Source: Octopus vulgaris
Lineage: Eukaryota
Direction: 5' to 3'
Length of the DNA: 64,000 bases
Assembly (NCBI GenBank): GCA_951406725.2
Contig: OX597834.1
Coordinates: 28,086,001-28,150,000 of the forward strand
A model generated the notes under the pieces. The model was not told the origin of the DNA. It saw only the letters and a list, made by a program, of their open reading frames with translations, and did no database searches. Each line of letters begins with the position of its first letter. Within the stretch, counting starts at the first letter, position 1. The position numbers were made by a program, and so were the translations under genes. Below, piece after piece: positions 1 through 13,513 of the stretch.

Positions 1-571
1 CTTAAAGGTTAAAAAATATATATATTTGCGTCAATATGTCTGAAGAATATTAAAAAAAAATTTTTTTTCCTTACAATGACATAATTTAGAAGAAAGACCG
101 GTTTCGCGTTTAGCTTTTCAAATTTCTTACGACGTTATATATATATATGTATGTATGTAAACGAACTCACACGCGCGCACGTGTCTGTGTGTGGAGACGC
201 ATGAGTTGATAGTTAGAGTGTTGGACTCATAATCGTAAGATTGTGATTTCAATTCCTGGACCGGGTGACGCGTTGTATTCTTGAGCAAAACACCCCATTT
301 CGTGTTACTCCAGTTCACTCGGCAGCCAGAAATGAGTAGTCCTGCAACGGACCTGCGTCTCGTCCAGGAGGTGAATATATTGTTTGTTCCTTCTCGAGCC
401 ATGCCTGGATCATTGGGCCGGTTTCCCGGTTTCATTGGCGTATAGGTTCCCCACCTGGACGGGACACCAGTCCGTCGCAGGTGAGCTGCAAAATGTAGGA
501 GGAAAGAGTGAGAGAAAGTTGTGGCGAGAGAGTCAGCAGAAGTTCGCCATTACCTTCTGCCGGAGCCGCAT

Positions 572-1135
572 AAACACACACATCGCCCAGTCTGAGATTC
601 GTACCCGCGATCCCTCGACCACGAGTCCGCTGCTCTGACCACTAGGCCATGTGCCTCCACCTAGGTGAATATATACGCCACCGAAATCGAGAAACTGGCA
701 CTATGAGTCTATATGACTCGGAAGTCCATTCGTTGCAAGCATTTAGGCCTGGTATTCGGTTCGAGGAGGCCTGGCTTGCTTCTTTCCACCAATCATGGAG
801 GTTATGCAAAAGTTATGGGCACTGCCCTTCCTTCCTAACAAAGATAAAAAAAGAGTGAACACACACACATCGCCCGGTCTGAGATTCGAACCCGCGGTCC
901 CTCGACCACGAGTCCGCTGCTCTGACCACTAGGCCATGTGCCTCCACCTAGGTGAATATATACGCCACCGAAATCAAGAAACTGGCCCTATGAGTCTATA
1001 TGACATGGGAGTCCATTCGTTGCAAGCATTTAGGGCTGGTATTCGGTTCGAGGAGGCCTGCCTTGCTTCTTTCTACCCATCATGAAGGTTATGCAAAAGT
1101 TATGGGTACTGCCCTTCCTAACAAAGATAACAAAA
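572..1135. repeat. ~287-bp composite tandem unit (SINE head plus unique sequence), repeated again at about 2605-3150
   Basis: ctaggtgaatata at 661, 948 and 2868; the shared body occurs four times. Confidence 0.85.
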
Positions 1136-1145
1136 ACAAACTTAC

Positions 1146-1353
1146 CTCAACAAGAAGGGCAGCGGTAGAAGATAGAGTTGGTAATTTCAAAGACACGTTT
1201 TCAATGCTCATTTTCTGTAGAGGGACGGGACACTTAATATTGATATTCTCTTGAGACAACAGAGATTCGAGTTGGATAACGACGTCAGCCACTTTGCCTC
1301 CCCAATTCTCCTTCTTCAACCGACTGAAAAGGGTGCAGGAGTCATGGTATGTG
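1146..1353 (-). CDS. GM2-activator-like gene, exon 3: TYHDSCTLFSRLKKENW...NIKCPVPLQKMSIENVSLKLPTLSSTAALLVE; remainder of the gene presumably left of the window
   Basis: tttaaccttgcag acceptor in phase 2 completes the Cys codon TG|C; GAG|GTAAGT donor; C-T-Y-x-D-x-C and CP motifs align with GM2A. Confidence 0.88.
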
Positions 1354-1559
1354 CTGCAAGGTTAAAAGAAGACATGCATGAGATGAAGGGCGAATAAAGG
1401 CGAAGGTCAGGGAAAAAAACTGACAGTGGGTTACTTCGGTAAAATGGGATTTGGTAAATTATTTAACACACTCACAGGTAAAATTTCCACTTATTTCTTA
1501 TTTGAGTCAAGACTATTGGAAAGGTTGCAAGACGCAACGAAAATTTTAGAAAATAAAAA

Positions 1560-1957
1560 TCTTTATATATAAAAGTCAAGTTGTGTGTCTGTCTCCTACG
1601 ATTTAGATTCCTAACTACTCCCACATTTTGCGGTGCAGTGTAACCAAAACCGGGATTCTTATAGTCGTGATTCATATCGAGCCCTTCTTGGTATTAGCGC
1701 GCGTCTACGATGAGTCTACGATTTTTAAAAAAATTTACCATCATTTTTTTCCATGTTAATGCATTTTTTCGCTATTATATAAGGGAAGTAACTCTCTAAA
1801 AATGTCTACGATGAGTCAACGATTTTTTTAAAAATTTACCATAATTTTATTTCCATTTTTAATGCATTTTTTTGCTATTTTTTGGCTATAACTCTCTAAA
1901 AATGCTTATATAGTTATTTCCCTTACAAACCCGAGCAACGCCGGGCGATACTGCTAG
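1560..1957 (+). mobile_element. Non-autonomous Helitron
   Basis: A|TC start and CTAG|T end, subterminal GC hairpin cccgagcaacgccggg, no TSD; same family as 11996-12508. Confidence 0.85.
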
Positions 1958-2107
1958 TAAGAAATAAGTGGAAATTTTACCGGTGAGTGTGTTAAATAAT
2001 AAGGCACTAAAAGAGAATGACTCTCCCCAGACACAACAGAATATGCTTCAACACACGAACTCATATAAAGAATCTTGCAAACCAAATCCAAAAACGAAAC
2101 TTTAACT

Positions 2108-2531
2108 ACGTAAAGTATACTAGCCATCTTAATATGGCTAACCACTAGGGGTGGGGGGTGATACTATAGCTTTTTAGCCCCAGGAGATCATCGTCTCCAG
2201 CTGGCTTTAGACACAATCCTGTGCCCTTTAATGATATTCGCAAAGGGAGGTCATCCCCTCTCGAAAACCTAAGTGATACGCATGGACTGCAGTTTCGAGA
2301 TTATTGTCTCTTGTAGCGTGTGTTGACAAGAGACAATAATCTCGAAACTGCAGTACATGCGTATCACTTAGGTTTTCGAGAGGGGATGACCTCCCTTTGC
2401 GAATATCATTAAAGAGCACAGGATTGTGTCTAAAGCCAGCTAGAGATGATGATCTCCTGGGGCTAAAAAGCTATAGTAACACCCCCACCCCTAGTGGTTA
2501 GCCATATTAAGATGGCTAGTATACTTTACGT
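2108..2531. mobile_element. Fold-back copy of a related hammerhead element: ~205-bp arms, 13-nt spacer
   Basis: Arms 2108-2313 and 2327-2531 are reverse complements with few mismatches; homologous to the 352-bp family; direct repeat aaactttaacta at 2097 and 2574 may be a TSD. Confidence 0.8.
2316..2362 (+). ncRNA. Minimal type I hammerhead, U3-A8 variant core
   Basis: GCGUGUG UUGACAA GAGA CAAUAA UCUC GAAAC UGCA GUA^ CAUGCGU; stem III ACUGCAGU is palindromic; stem I relies on G-U pairs. Confidence 0.7.
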
Positions 2532-3195
2532 TGTCGAGCGTTTACTGTTTACATCTCGCTCAGAGATTTATTAAAACTTTAACTAGTTTTCCTCAAAACA
2601 CTGTCAATCGAGAAACTGGTCCTATAAGTCTAAATGACTCGGAAGTCCATTCGTTGCAAGCATTTAGGGCTGGTATTCGGTTCGTGGAGGCCTGGCTTGC
2701 TTCTTTCTACCCATCATGAAGGTTATGTAAAAGTTATGGGTACTGCCCTTCCTTCCTAACAAAGATAAACAAAGAGTGAAACACACACATCGCCCGGTCT
2801 GAGATTCGAACCCGCGGTCCCTCGACCGCGAGTTCGCTGCTCTGACCACTAGGCCATGTGCCTCCACCTAGGTGAATATATACCCCACCGAAATCGAGAA
2901 ACTGGCACTATGAGTCTATATGACATGGGAGTCCATTCGTTGCAAGCATTTAGGGCTGGTATTCGGTTCGAGGAGGCCTCCCTTGCTTCTTTCTACCCAT
3001 CATGAAGGTTATGTAAACGTTATGGGTACTGCCCTTCCTTCCTAACAAAGATAAACAAAGAGTGAAACACACACATCGCCCGGTTTGAGATTCGAACCCG
3101 CGGTCACGCGACCGCGAGTTCGCTGCTCTGACCACTAGGCCATGTGCCTCTACATGCCACAACTATACGCTATATGAAATGCCAAAGTGACTTAC

Positions 3196-3388
3196 CATGA
3201 TCCGAAATGAAAAACACACGGAAGTGGGATCCATCCAAGTAAGGTACTTCTAGAGATGTCTAGTTTCACATCAGAGCCATTGAGGACTTTCAAAGTTTCT
3301 GCGTTGATTGTTAACGAGATGGCTTTTCCCATTACGACTGGATTTGGACTAATGTCAAAATCATGCATCACAATTGTGTCTTGACCTC
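3196..3388 (-). CDS. GM2-activator-like gene, exon 2: (G)GQDTIVMHDFDISPNPVVMGKAISLTINAETLKVLNGSDVKLDISRSTLLGWIPLPCVFHFGS(C)
   Basis: tattttatacag acceptor, GTAAGT donor, open frame; SPNP and W-I-x-x-P-C-x4-G-S-C motifs match the GM2AP/ML family. Confidence 0.9.
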
Positions 3389-4231
3389 CTGTATAAAATA
3401 TACGAATACATTGATATATGTGAATGTGCGTGCATAGATATAGGTGTATAAAAATGCATGTGTATATATATATATTTCTTAACTACCCACAAGGGGCTAA
3501 ACGCAGAGGGGACAAACAAGGACAGACAAAGGGATTAAGTCGATTACATCGACCCCAGTGCATAACTGGTACTTAACTTATCGACCCCGAAAGGATGAAA
3601 GGCAAAGTCGATCTCGGCGGAATTTGAACCCAGAACACTTAACGGCAGACGATATACGGCTACGCATTTCGCCCGACGTGCTAACGTTTCTGCCAGCTCG
3701 CCGCTCTGCATGTGTATATATATATGAGTATACTCTTTACATTTTTACTCCTTTACTTGTTTCAGTCATTTGACTGCGGCCATGCTGGAGCACCGCCTTT
3801 AATCGTGCAACTCGACCCCGGGACTTATTCTTTTGTAAGCCCAGGACTTATTCTATCGGTCTCTTTTGCCGAACCGCTAAGTGACGGGGACATAAACACA
3901 CCAGCATCGGTTGTCAAGCAATGCTAGGGGGACAAACACAGACACACATACATACATATATATATATACACATATACGACAGGCTTCTTTCAGTTTCCGT
4001 CTACCAAATCCACTCACAAGGCATTGGTCGACCCGGGGCTATAGCAGAAGACACTCGCCCAAGATGCCACGCAGTGGGACTGAACCCGGAACCATGTGGT
4101 TGGTTAGCAAGCTACGTGCCTGTCTGTGTAAATGTGTATATCGTTAAAGGTGTGAAATTGCTACAATCCTTTGGGCGATAACTGAAGGGGATTTAGCGAT
4201 GTTCTATGTTTATATTTTACGTTTGTTTGTA

Positions 4232-4296
<65 letters not shown>

Positions 4297-4354
4297 TTTT
4301 ACTCTTTTACTTGTTTCAGTCATTTGACTGTGACCATGCTGGAGCATGGTTCGA

Positions 4355-4434
<80 letters not shown>

Positions 4435-4437
<3 letters not shown>

Positions 4438-4990
4438 GCCCTGATGCAGTACCAGGCAGTGGCTCTCATGGCTTCTGATCTTAACTGATTGGAAGTGTTA
4501 TCATGTACATTGTTTTGTCTTGGTATAAAAGATGGGACACAGCAAATATTCTGCTCAATACCACAGTTTGCTTGTCAGTTGTTTGACCTTAACCAGTTGA
4601 GCATGTCCCTTAGTGGCTGACGATATGTGCATCTCTGATCACGAGCAGAAGTAGTGGGGGAGCATCATAGCCGTGTGTTGAAAGGAATTCTCTGGGGTTT
4701 GAATAATTCACCTCTGGAAACATGGGTGGTTCTTTCAATATCCTTAAACAACCCTTATTCAGGGACCTTTTGAGCGGGATGGGCTACTCAACCTGAAGAA
4801 AATTCTAACTGAGCCCCACCTGCAAGGTCATGTGCTGTTTATCTTGATATGAGATCACCATGTCGCGCACATATGGTTGTGATGCATGTGCCTGGTGTAC
4901 CCTTATCAGACGGGTAGTCATGATGGGTATATTGGGCTTCGTATATTTTACTCCAGTGTCACTTTGATGGCATGAACTGCTCTGTCACTC
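4435..4990 (+). mobile_element. Non-coding ~555-bp interspersed repeat embedded in (AAT)n
   Basis: (AAT)n on both sides; further copies at 17319-17460, 17526-17940 and 25027-25510. Confidence 0.7.
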
Positions 4991-5025
<35 letters not shown>

Positions 5026-5080
5026 CAACAATACCTAAAAATACCTTAGGAATGAGAACCCAGGTTCGAAATTTCCCCAA

Positions 5081-5126
5081 GACGCCTGATGAAGGCTGGA
5101 AGGTATATCAGCCGGAACGCTGTGTT
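5081..5126 (+). ncRNA. Degenerate type I hammerhead in a pLTR-like fragment (about 5030-5200)
   Basis: GACGC CUGAUGA A GGCUG (loop) CAGCC GGAAC GCU GUGUU; GAAA and the cleavage triplet are mutated. Confidence 0.55.
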
Positions 5127-5248
5127 AACAAACAAGATGAGGACAAATATCCGTCAAATGTAAATAATGTAAATAATTCCTCATCTCTTAAATATAGAAC
5201 TGACTTACTCCAGCCTCGAAATTTCTGGCCTTGTACCATTATTTGGTA

Positions 5249-5315
<67 letters not shown>

Positions 5316-5318
<3 letters not shown>

Positions 5319-5985
5319 TAGTTTTATTTTTATAGCGTGCTTTCACTTCACTACCGAGCACAGCTCTGTGTGCCTTGGGTATGTGCTGTCATTTGTTGTG
5401 ATGCTCTGATGGTTATTGTATGGAAAGTGTTCTGCGTAGGATGTGTGCAGTGCCTAGTAGTGCAATTTTCTGTATGTTATATGTGTTTGTAAGTCCTGGT
5501 GTTTTTGTTATGTATTTGTCTGAATATTTTTTTATCATGCCTAATGCACCTACTATGATAGGAATTGTTTCTGTTTTCAGATTCCACATTCTAGTTACCT
5601 CTATTTCCAGGTCTTTGTATTTTGAGAGTTTCTCCATTTCTTTTAGAGACACGTTGTCATCAGCCGGTATTGATACATCAATTAGAAAGCATTTTTTTCT
5701 TCATGATCTCTGACAACTATATCTGGTCTGTTGGCCTTAATTTCTCTATCTGTGTGTATCGGCATATCCCAGAGTATGGTTGCTTTCTCGTTTTCTGTGA
5801 CCTTTTCTGGTGTGTGCCTATACCATCTTTTTTCTGTTGTTATTCCATAATGTTGGCATAGCTTCCAATGTATGTAGGTTCCAACTCTGTCATGTCTGTG
5901 AATATATTCCTTCTTAGCCAAGACTGGGCAGCTAGAGATAATATGATTTATTGTTTCTTGTCCATCTCCACATATTCTGCATGAT
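5316..5985 (-). mobile_element. 5'-truncated RLE-type non-LTR retrotransposon (R4/Dong-like): C-terminus and 3' UTR
   Basis: CRICG..HIISSC zinc finger, RHD, PDIVV and KLSKY restriction-like endonuclease motifs; one frameshift near 5690; ends in (AAT)n. Confidence 0.85.
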
Positions 5986-6237
5986 CGTGATGTTCCACGC
6001 ATGTTTACATGTGTTGCGTTAGAGGCGGAGATGATATCGAGTCAAAATACATCATTTCGTTTCGAAAAATAGTAATAAATTTCAATTAGTATTACTTACT
6101 CGGATACAGTCCAATTCTTTGTTAGTAAAACTTTGGCTCCATAGGATGTCCTTGTTTTCGATGTTTGTGGATAGATTTCGGAGCTCTGAATTTTCCTTCT
6201 TACATCTTAAACGTCCCCGGTGTTCTTCTTCTTCTTC

Positions 6238-6370
<133 letters not shown>

Positions 6371-7321
6371 GGCGGCGAGCTGGCAGGATCGTTAGCACAC
6401 TGGGCGAAGCGCTTAGCAGTATTTCGTCTGCCGCTACGTTCTGAGTTCAAATTCCGCCGGGGTCGACTTTGCCTTTCATCTTTTCGGGGTCGATTAAATA
6501 AGTACCAGTTACGCACTTGGGTCGATATAATCGACTTAATCCGTTTGTCTGTCCTTGTTTGTCCTCTCTATGTTTAGCCCCTTGTGGTTAGTACAGAAAT
6601 AGGTATTTCGTCTACCGCTACGTTCTGAGTTCAAATTCCGCCGAGGTCGACTTTGCCTTTCATCCTTTCGGGGTAGGTAAATCAAGTACCAGTTACGCAC
6701 TGGGGTTGATGTAATCGACTTAATTTCTTTGTCTGTCCTTGTTTGTCACCTCTATGTTTAGCCCCTTGTGGGCAATACAGAAATATGAAACTTAGTTTGT
6801 TTTGTTAACCACAGATTTGGTGTCTACCAATACCTTGTGGATGTAATTTTGTCAGAAATATCCCGTTCAGAGACCACACCTTTCTCCTCCCCTTCTCCGA
6901 CTCTGTTCTCTTTACTCGGTGGTACCTTTAATCCCAGGTTAGGGTCAAAGCCGCTGCTACTGACATCTTGGGTACGTTTAACAAAGTTCACACTTTGGCC
7001 AACACTCGAGTTAATTCCCCAAACTGAGGTCCGAACCTCATAGCTTTCGTCCACTGGTTTTAGACGACGCCCCGAAAGATCACCTTCGCTTTCCTTAATC
7101 CTTTGATGTGGAGACATTATCAGAACAATAAAAAAAAAAGAAGAGAAAACTAAATAAATTATAATAATCATTTCTAAATTTAAAGAAGAATGTGTTAGTC
7201 ATATATATATATATTAAAAAGCTTGGATATTAAAATAAAAATTTACGTTTTATAGTTGCAGTGACGTTAACAATAGCACCTAATTACCACGAATCATTTT
7301 CATGACAACTACTTGAGAAAA

Positions 7322-7382
<61 letters not shown>

Positions 7383-7667
7383 TTCTTCTCTACTTTCAAG
7401 CCATACATAAAAACAACGGCACCGGGGTTTTTTTCTTATTTTTTTTTGTTTCTGTTAATTTTATTTTTTTGTGTTGCTTCATAGAAATACTTCTTTCTCT
7501 AATTCCCCTCTCGTTACGGAAACAAATTGATCTCTATTTTTTTTATTCAGATTTATTTTTGTTCTTCATCTGGTATTTTTTTTTCTTCTTTTTATTGCAA
7601 AAATTTTTTATTTCAAATTATCTTTCATTTCTCTACGTGTGTTGTGAAACAGAAATACAAAAAAAAA

Positions 7668-7702
<35 letters not shown>

Positions 7703-8936
7703 CTGACGAAATGAAATGGAACTTGTAAACTGAGGAATTGGTCCATTTCTGCAGACATGGTCTACTGCAGAGTAGTCTGCCGCTAACGAACTCATAGAAA
7801 CTATCCTGAAGAGTAAATGATTATCGAAGTTCCATATCAGAGATTTTAAAGGACGAGAAACGAATTGTTTGTTATTGCGGCTGTTGTTTAACTATAGGCC
7901 AACTCTGATCGAGCAGGACTACAATCAAATCCTTTGACCACCCTAAAGGTACGCCTAGGACTACATTGTCCAATATTTTGTTTTCAGACATTGGACTGCG
8001 GCCATGCTGGGGTACCACCTTGAAGTGTTTGTTTGTTCCTTCTCGAGCCACGCCTGGCTCATTAGGGCCGGTTTCCCGGTTTCCTTGGCGTATAGGTTCC
8101 CCATCTGGACGGGACGTCGCAGGTGAGCTGCAAGATGCAGGAGGAAAGAGCGAGAGAGAAAGTAGTGGCGAAAGAGTCAGCCGGAGCCGCATGGAGCTTA
8201 GGTGTTTCGCTCATAAACACACACATCGCCCGGTCTGAGATTCGAACCCGCGATCCCTCGACCGCTGCTCTAACCATTAGGCCATGTGCCTCCACACTAC
8301 TAACAAGAATAATAATAATAATCCTTTCTATTATAGGAACAAGGCCTGAAATTTAGGGGAAGGGAGTAAGTCAACTGCATCGACCCGAGTGCGTAACTGG
8401 TACTTAATTTATCGACGCCGAAAGGATGAAAGGCAAAGTCGAACTCGGCGGAATTTGAACTCAGAGCGCAGCGACGGGCAAAATACCGCTAAGCATTTCA
8501 TCCAACGTGTTAACGACTCTGCCAGCTCGCCGCCTTAATGATTATTTCAATTTTTTGCCACAAGGGCAGGAAAGTGGAGATGAGACTGAAACAAGTAAAA
8601 GAGTATTCAATTTATCATCGGTCATTTTATATACCTAATTCGAAAGACCATTTTTAATCGATTAAAGTTTCGAGGTTTTTCTCCCTTGTCTCCCTTTGAT
8701 GAGATTTGGTCTTTAATCACATCACTCTTCTTCCTCCTCGTCTGCACGAGTAAGACTAATGACTAGTTGATTAATTAAAATATAACTCCTTGGGTTTACT
8801 ACTACAATTAGTACATTAGCACCAAACTTGGAGATAATTTGTTAGTTTACTTTCCGATGTTACCCATCTATACCTTTTACTACAATTGAATTAAATATAT
8901 TATTGTTTAAACTAAAATCGAAAGGGAGAAAATACA

Positions 8937-9018
<82 letters not shown>

Positions 9019-9349
9019 CACTCATTCTCTCTTATAAACCGAACGTTAGAAAAAGAATAATAAATTTGATCTTGAGATTGCGTAGATAAAGAAAGGACAA
9101 AAATAAATGGATATTAGCATTGTTATTCTCTCCTCTGATATATCTTTATCTTCTACGTATCGCTTTGTTTAAACGCAAACAATAAACATGGAAGAAGAAC
9201 TATTGTGGTAGCCATTTTGAAAAAAAAAAAAAAAAAAACAAACACACACTCAGACACATAATGCGTTTATGTGCGCGGGCGAGTGTGTGATACGTGTGTG
9301 TCGTGTGTATAGAATTGTTTGTGTTTTTTTATATATAATTGTTTGTATA

Positions 9350-10520
<1,171 letters not shown>

Positions 10521-10915
10521 ACATACACAGTTATGTATGTAAATATATTTATATATATATATGCATATATCAGCTATATAAACATTTGTTTAAATGCATA
10601 TATTTGGATGTGTGTGTGTACACACAAATATACATAGTCTCCTAACACTATTTTTCAACTATTCGAAACATTAACAATACGTACTTAATATTACAAATTG
10701 TGAACAAGTTGTAAAGATTTCATCGACAACAGAACAACTTAAGTACGTTGTACAATTTTTACATGAGAATATACTGCAGAACAACACACATTATTAGCAA
10801 TTAAAAAAAGAAACCAAACTACCTAACAAATACTCTCTACAATAAGCCCAATGTTTCATTCTCGCAGCTCATGTATTGATTTCATTCATACAAAGACACA
10901 GCTACATGCACACAC

Positions 10916-11017
<102 letters not shown>

Positions 11018-11021
11018 AACA

Positions 11022-11460
11022 ATTTGCCATTTGAATATGGCTAACCCCTAAGGGTGGATGCTACTGTAGTTTGTAGCCCCAGGATGTTATCTCCTCCAGC
11101 TGGCTATAGACACACTATCTGTGTCCTCTCTCAGTATTTGTGAAGGGGAGTCATCCTCCCCGTCTTCAACTCATGATACACACGGACCCGAGTTTCAAGG
11201 TGTTTACCTTTCATCAGCGTGTGACAATCATGGTTGTCGACGAGAAGTCAGCTCCCTTCACAAATACATATACTTTTTCCAGTGTCGATTGACACTGATA
11301 TTGAAAAAGTGAAATCAAACAATGATAAATCTCAGAGCGAGTTATAAACAGTAGCGGTAACACATCGTGACGCATATTTGCCATTTGAATATGGCTAACC
11401 CCTAAGGGTGGATGCTACTGTAGTTTGTAGCCCCAGGAAGATATCTCCTCCAGCTAGCTA
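11022..11460 (-). mobile_element. Hammerhead-bearing retrozyme/Penelope-pLTR-like element, ~1.25 copies of a 354-bp monomer
   Basis: atttgccatttgaatatggc recurs at 11022 and 11376; contains a hammerhead; next to (TA)n. Confidence 0.75.
11179..11223 (-). ncRNA. Type I hammerhead ribozyme, canonical core
   Basis: CACACG CUGAUGA AAGGU AAAC ACCUU GAAAC UCGG GUC^ CGUGUG: perfect stems I and II, short quasi-palindromic stem III. Confidence 0.9.
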
Positions 11461-11727
11461 TTTTTAAAAATGAATAAATGAAAGAATGGAGTCGAACGAA
11501 GATTTTAACAAAATTCCTTTACTTTCAACACATGTTTCGAAGACTGCATATTCTTAATTCCGAAGGAATAAAGGGTGCATTATGCCGTCTTCTCATCATT
11601 TATTCATGCACCCTTTATTCCTTTGGAATTAAGAATATGCAGTCTTCGAAACATGTGTTGAAAGTAAAGGAATTTTGTTAAAATCTTCGTTCGACTCCAT
11701 TCTTTCATTTATTCATTTTTAAAAATA
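11459..11727. mobile_element. Fold-back pLTR-like element (122-bp arms, 25-nt spacer) with a truncated hammerhead-like motif on the minus strand
   Basis: Arms 11459-11580 and 11606-11727 differ at one position; minus strand reads UGAUGA GAAGAC...GUCUUC GAAAC AUGU. Confidence 0.65.
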
Positions 11728-11865
11728 CACAAATTACCACACAAGAACACGGGGTTTCTACCCTTGGCATGTAGCTACAACCGTGTTTTCTGACGTGAAT
11801 TTGCTACCCAGGTATCGATTAACCGAATTATCAATACTAGGATAATTCATTCACCTACTTATATT

Positions 11866-11918
<53 letters not shown>

Positions 11919-11995
11919 GCGTATGTATGTATGTATGTATGTATGTATGTATGTATGTATGTATGTATGTATGTATGTATATGTAAATGTGTATA

Positions 11996-12508
11996 TCTAT
12001 ATATTTAAAACTGTAGTTGTGTGAGTGTCTGTCCCCTTCGATTTAGATTCCTAACTACTCCCACATTTTGCGGTGCAGTTTAACCAAATTCGGGTATCTT
12101 ATAGTCGTGATTCATATCGAGCCCGTCTGAGTATTAGCGCGCGTCTACGATGAGTCTACGATTTTAAAAATAATTTAACATCATTTTTTATTCCATTTTA
12201 ATGCATAATTTTTCGTGTGTCGATGGCGGCGGAGTTGGCGTCCATAGTCACACCTGCAGCTGTTTGCTTCTCCCCCTTCTTCCCTCCCTCGTGAAGCTGT
12301 GGGGAAGGGAGTGTAAGGAAATCAACGTCGTAAAGCGTTGCCAAGGAGACCAGCGTTCTTTTAGAACAACGACTTCATGGCTTGAAGACACCGAAACAGA
12401 AATGGCTAAGAAAGCCTGAATTGGCATCTATAAGGGAAGTAACTCTCTAAAAATGCTTATATAGTTATTTCCCTTACAAACTCGAGCAACGCCGGGCGAT
12501 ACTGCTAG
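11996..12508 (+). mobile_element. Non-autonomous Helitron with a different internal segment
   Basis: A|TC...CTAG|T with 3' hairpin; ends homologous to 1560-1957. Confidence 0.85.
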
Positions 12509-13476
12509 TATATATATATATATATATAGTAAGAAAGAATTTCGTTGAAGAGATTTTCCCCACGTGGTTATTTGTGGGGAAAAATATATAATAAAAGAAG
12601 GAATATGCATACAATCTATATATTTTTAATATATTTTAGAGAATATAATATTATGATAATCGACCGGTATGTTGCAATTTCGTATTTTCCTAAGCTTTAG
12701 TATGTATGAGTTGGTAAGTGAATCATGTAGAAAAGATCTAAGGGGGGGTAACTGGTGATTGCTATTATTCGAGACAAGTTGGAGGTAATTGGACCTTTGG
12801 GATGGTGGTTACTCATTTTTGTATGGTAAACGTTTTGGGGAGGATAAATTTATATAAACTCATGAGTCTTAAGTAGCGAGATAAAATATGAATAGTGTTG
12901 GTTACGCGTTCAGAAATTAAATTATTCACAAAAACCAATATCCAAATTTGGGGGTTTTTTTTGCTCCAAATGACGTATTCCAACTTGTAGCGACTGCGCA
13001 CGTACGCACATACAGAAGATTTATTTCCCTCAAACACTGTGAAATAATTGGTTTTTAATTTCCACACAAGGCCAACAATTTTCAGAGGTGGAATTAGTCG
13101 ATTGCACCTAGAATGTTTCCCTCCAAGGTACAAGTCCGGACAATTTTGCTTATGAAAGACCAGCAGTCGCCTATGCATGCCATCCTCTCGTCTCGATGCC
13201 ACTGTTGTTATCCAAGGAAAAGGCAAAAGCAGATACAGCTTGGCACCAGTGACGTCGCAGTTCATTTCTACAGCTGAGTGAAATAAAGAGTCTTGCTCAA
13301 GAACACAATACACAGCTCGATCCTGGAATCGAACTCACTATCACATGATTGTGAGCCCAATGCTCCAACTATTGAGCCATGCGCCTTCACAATGTGTGTG
13401 TGTGTGTGTGTATGTATGTACGTATGTATGTATGTATGTATGTATGTATGTATGTATGTATGTATGTATGTATGTA

Positions 13477-13513
<37 letters not shown>

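Noticed and set aside
6099-6185. Possible extra GM2A-like exon with a GTAAGT donor
   Set aside because: Purine-rich acceptor, no family motif, and exons 1 and 2 already join in frame
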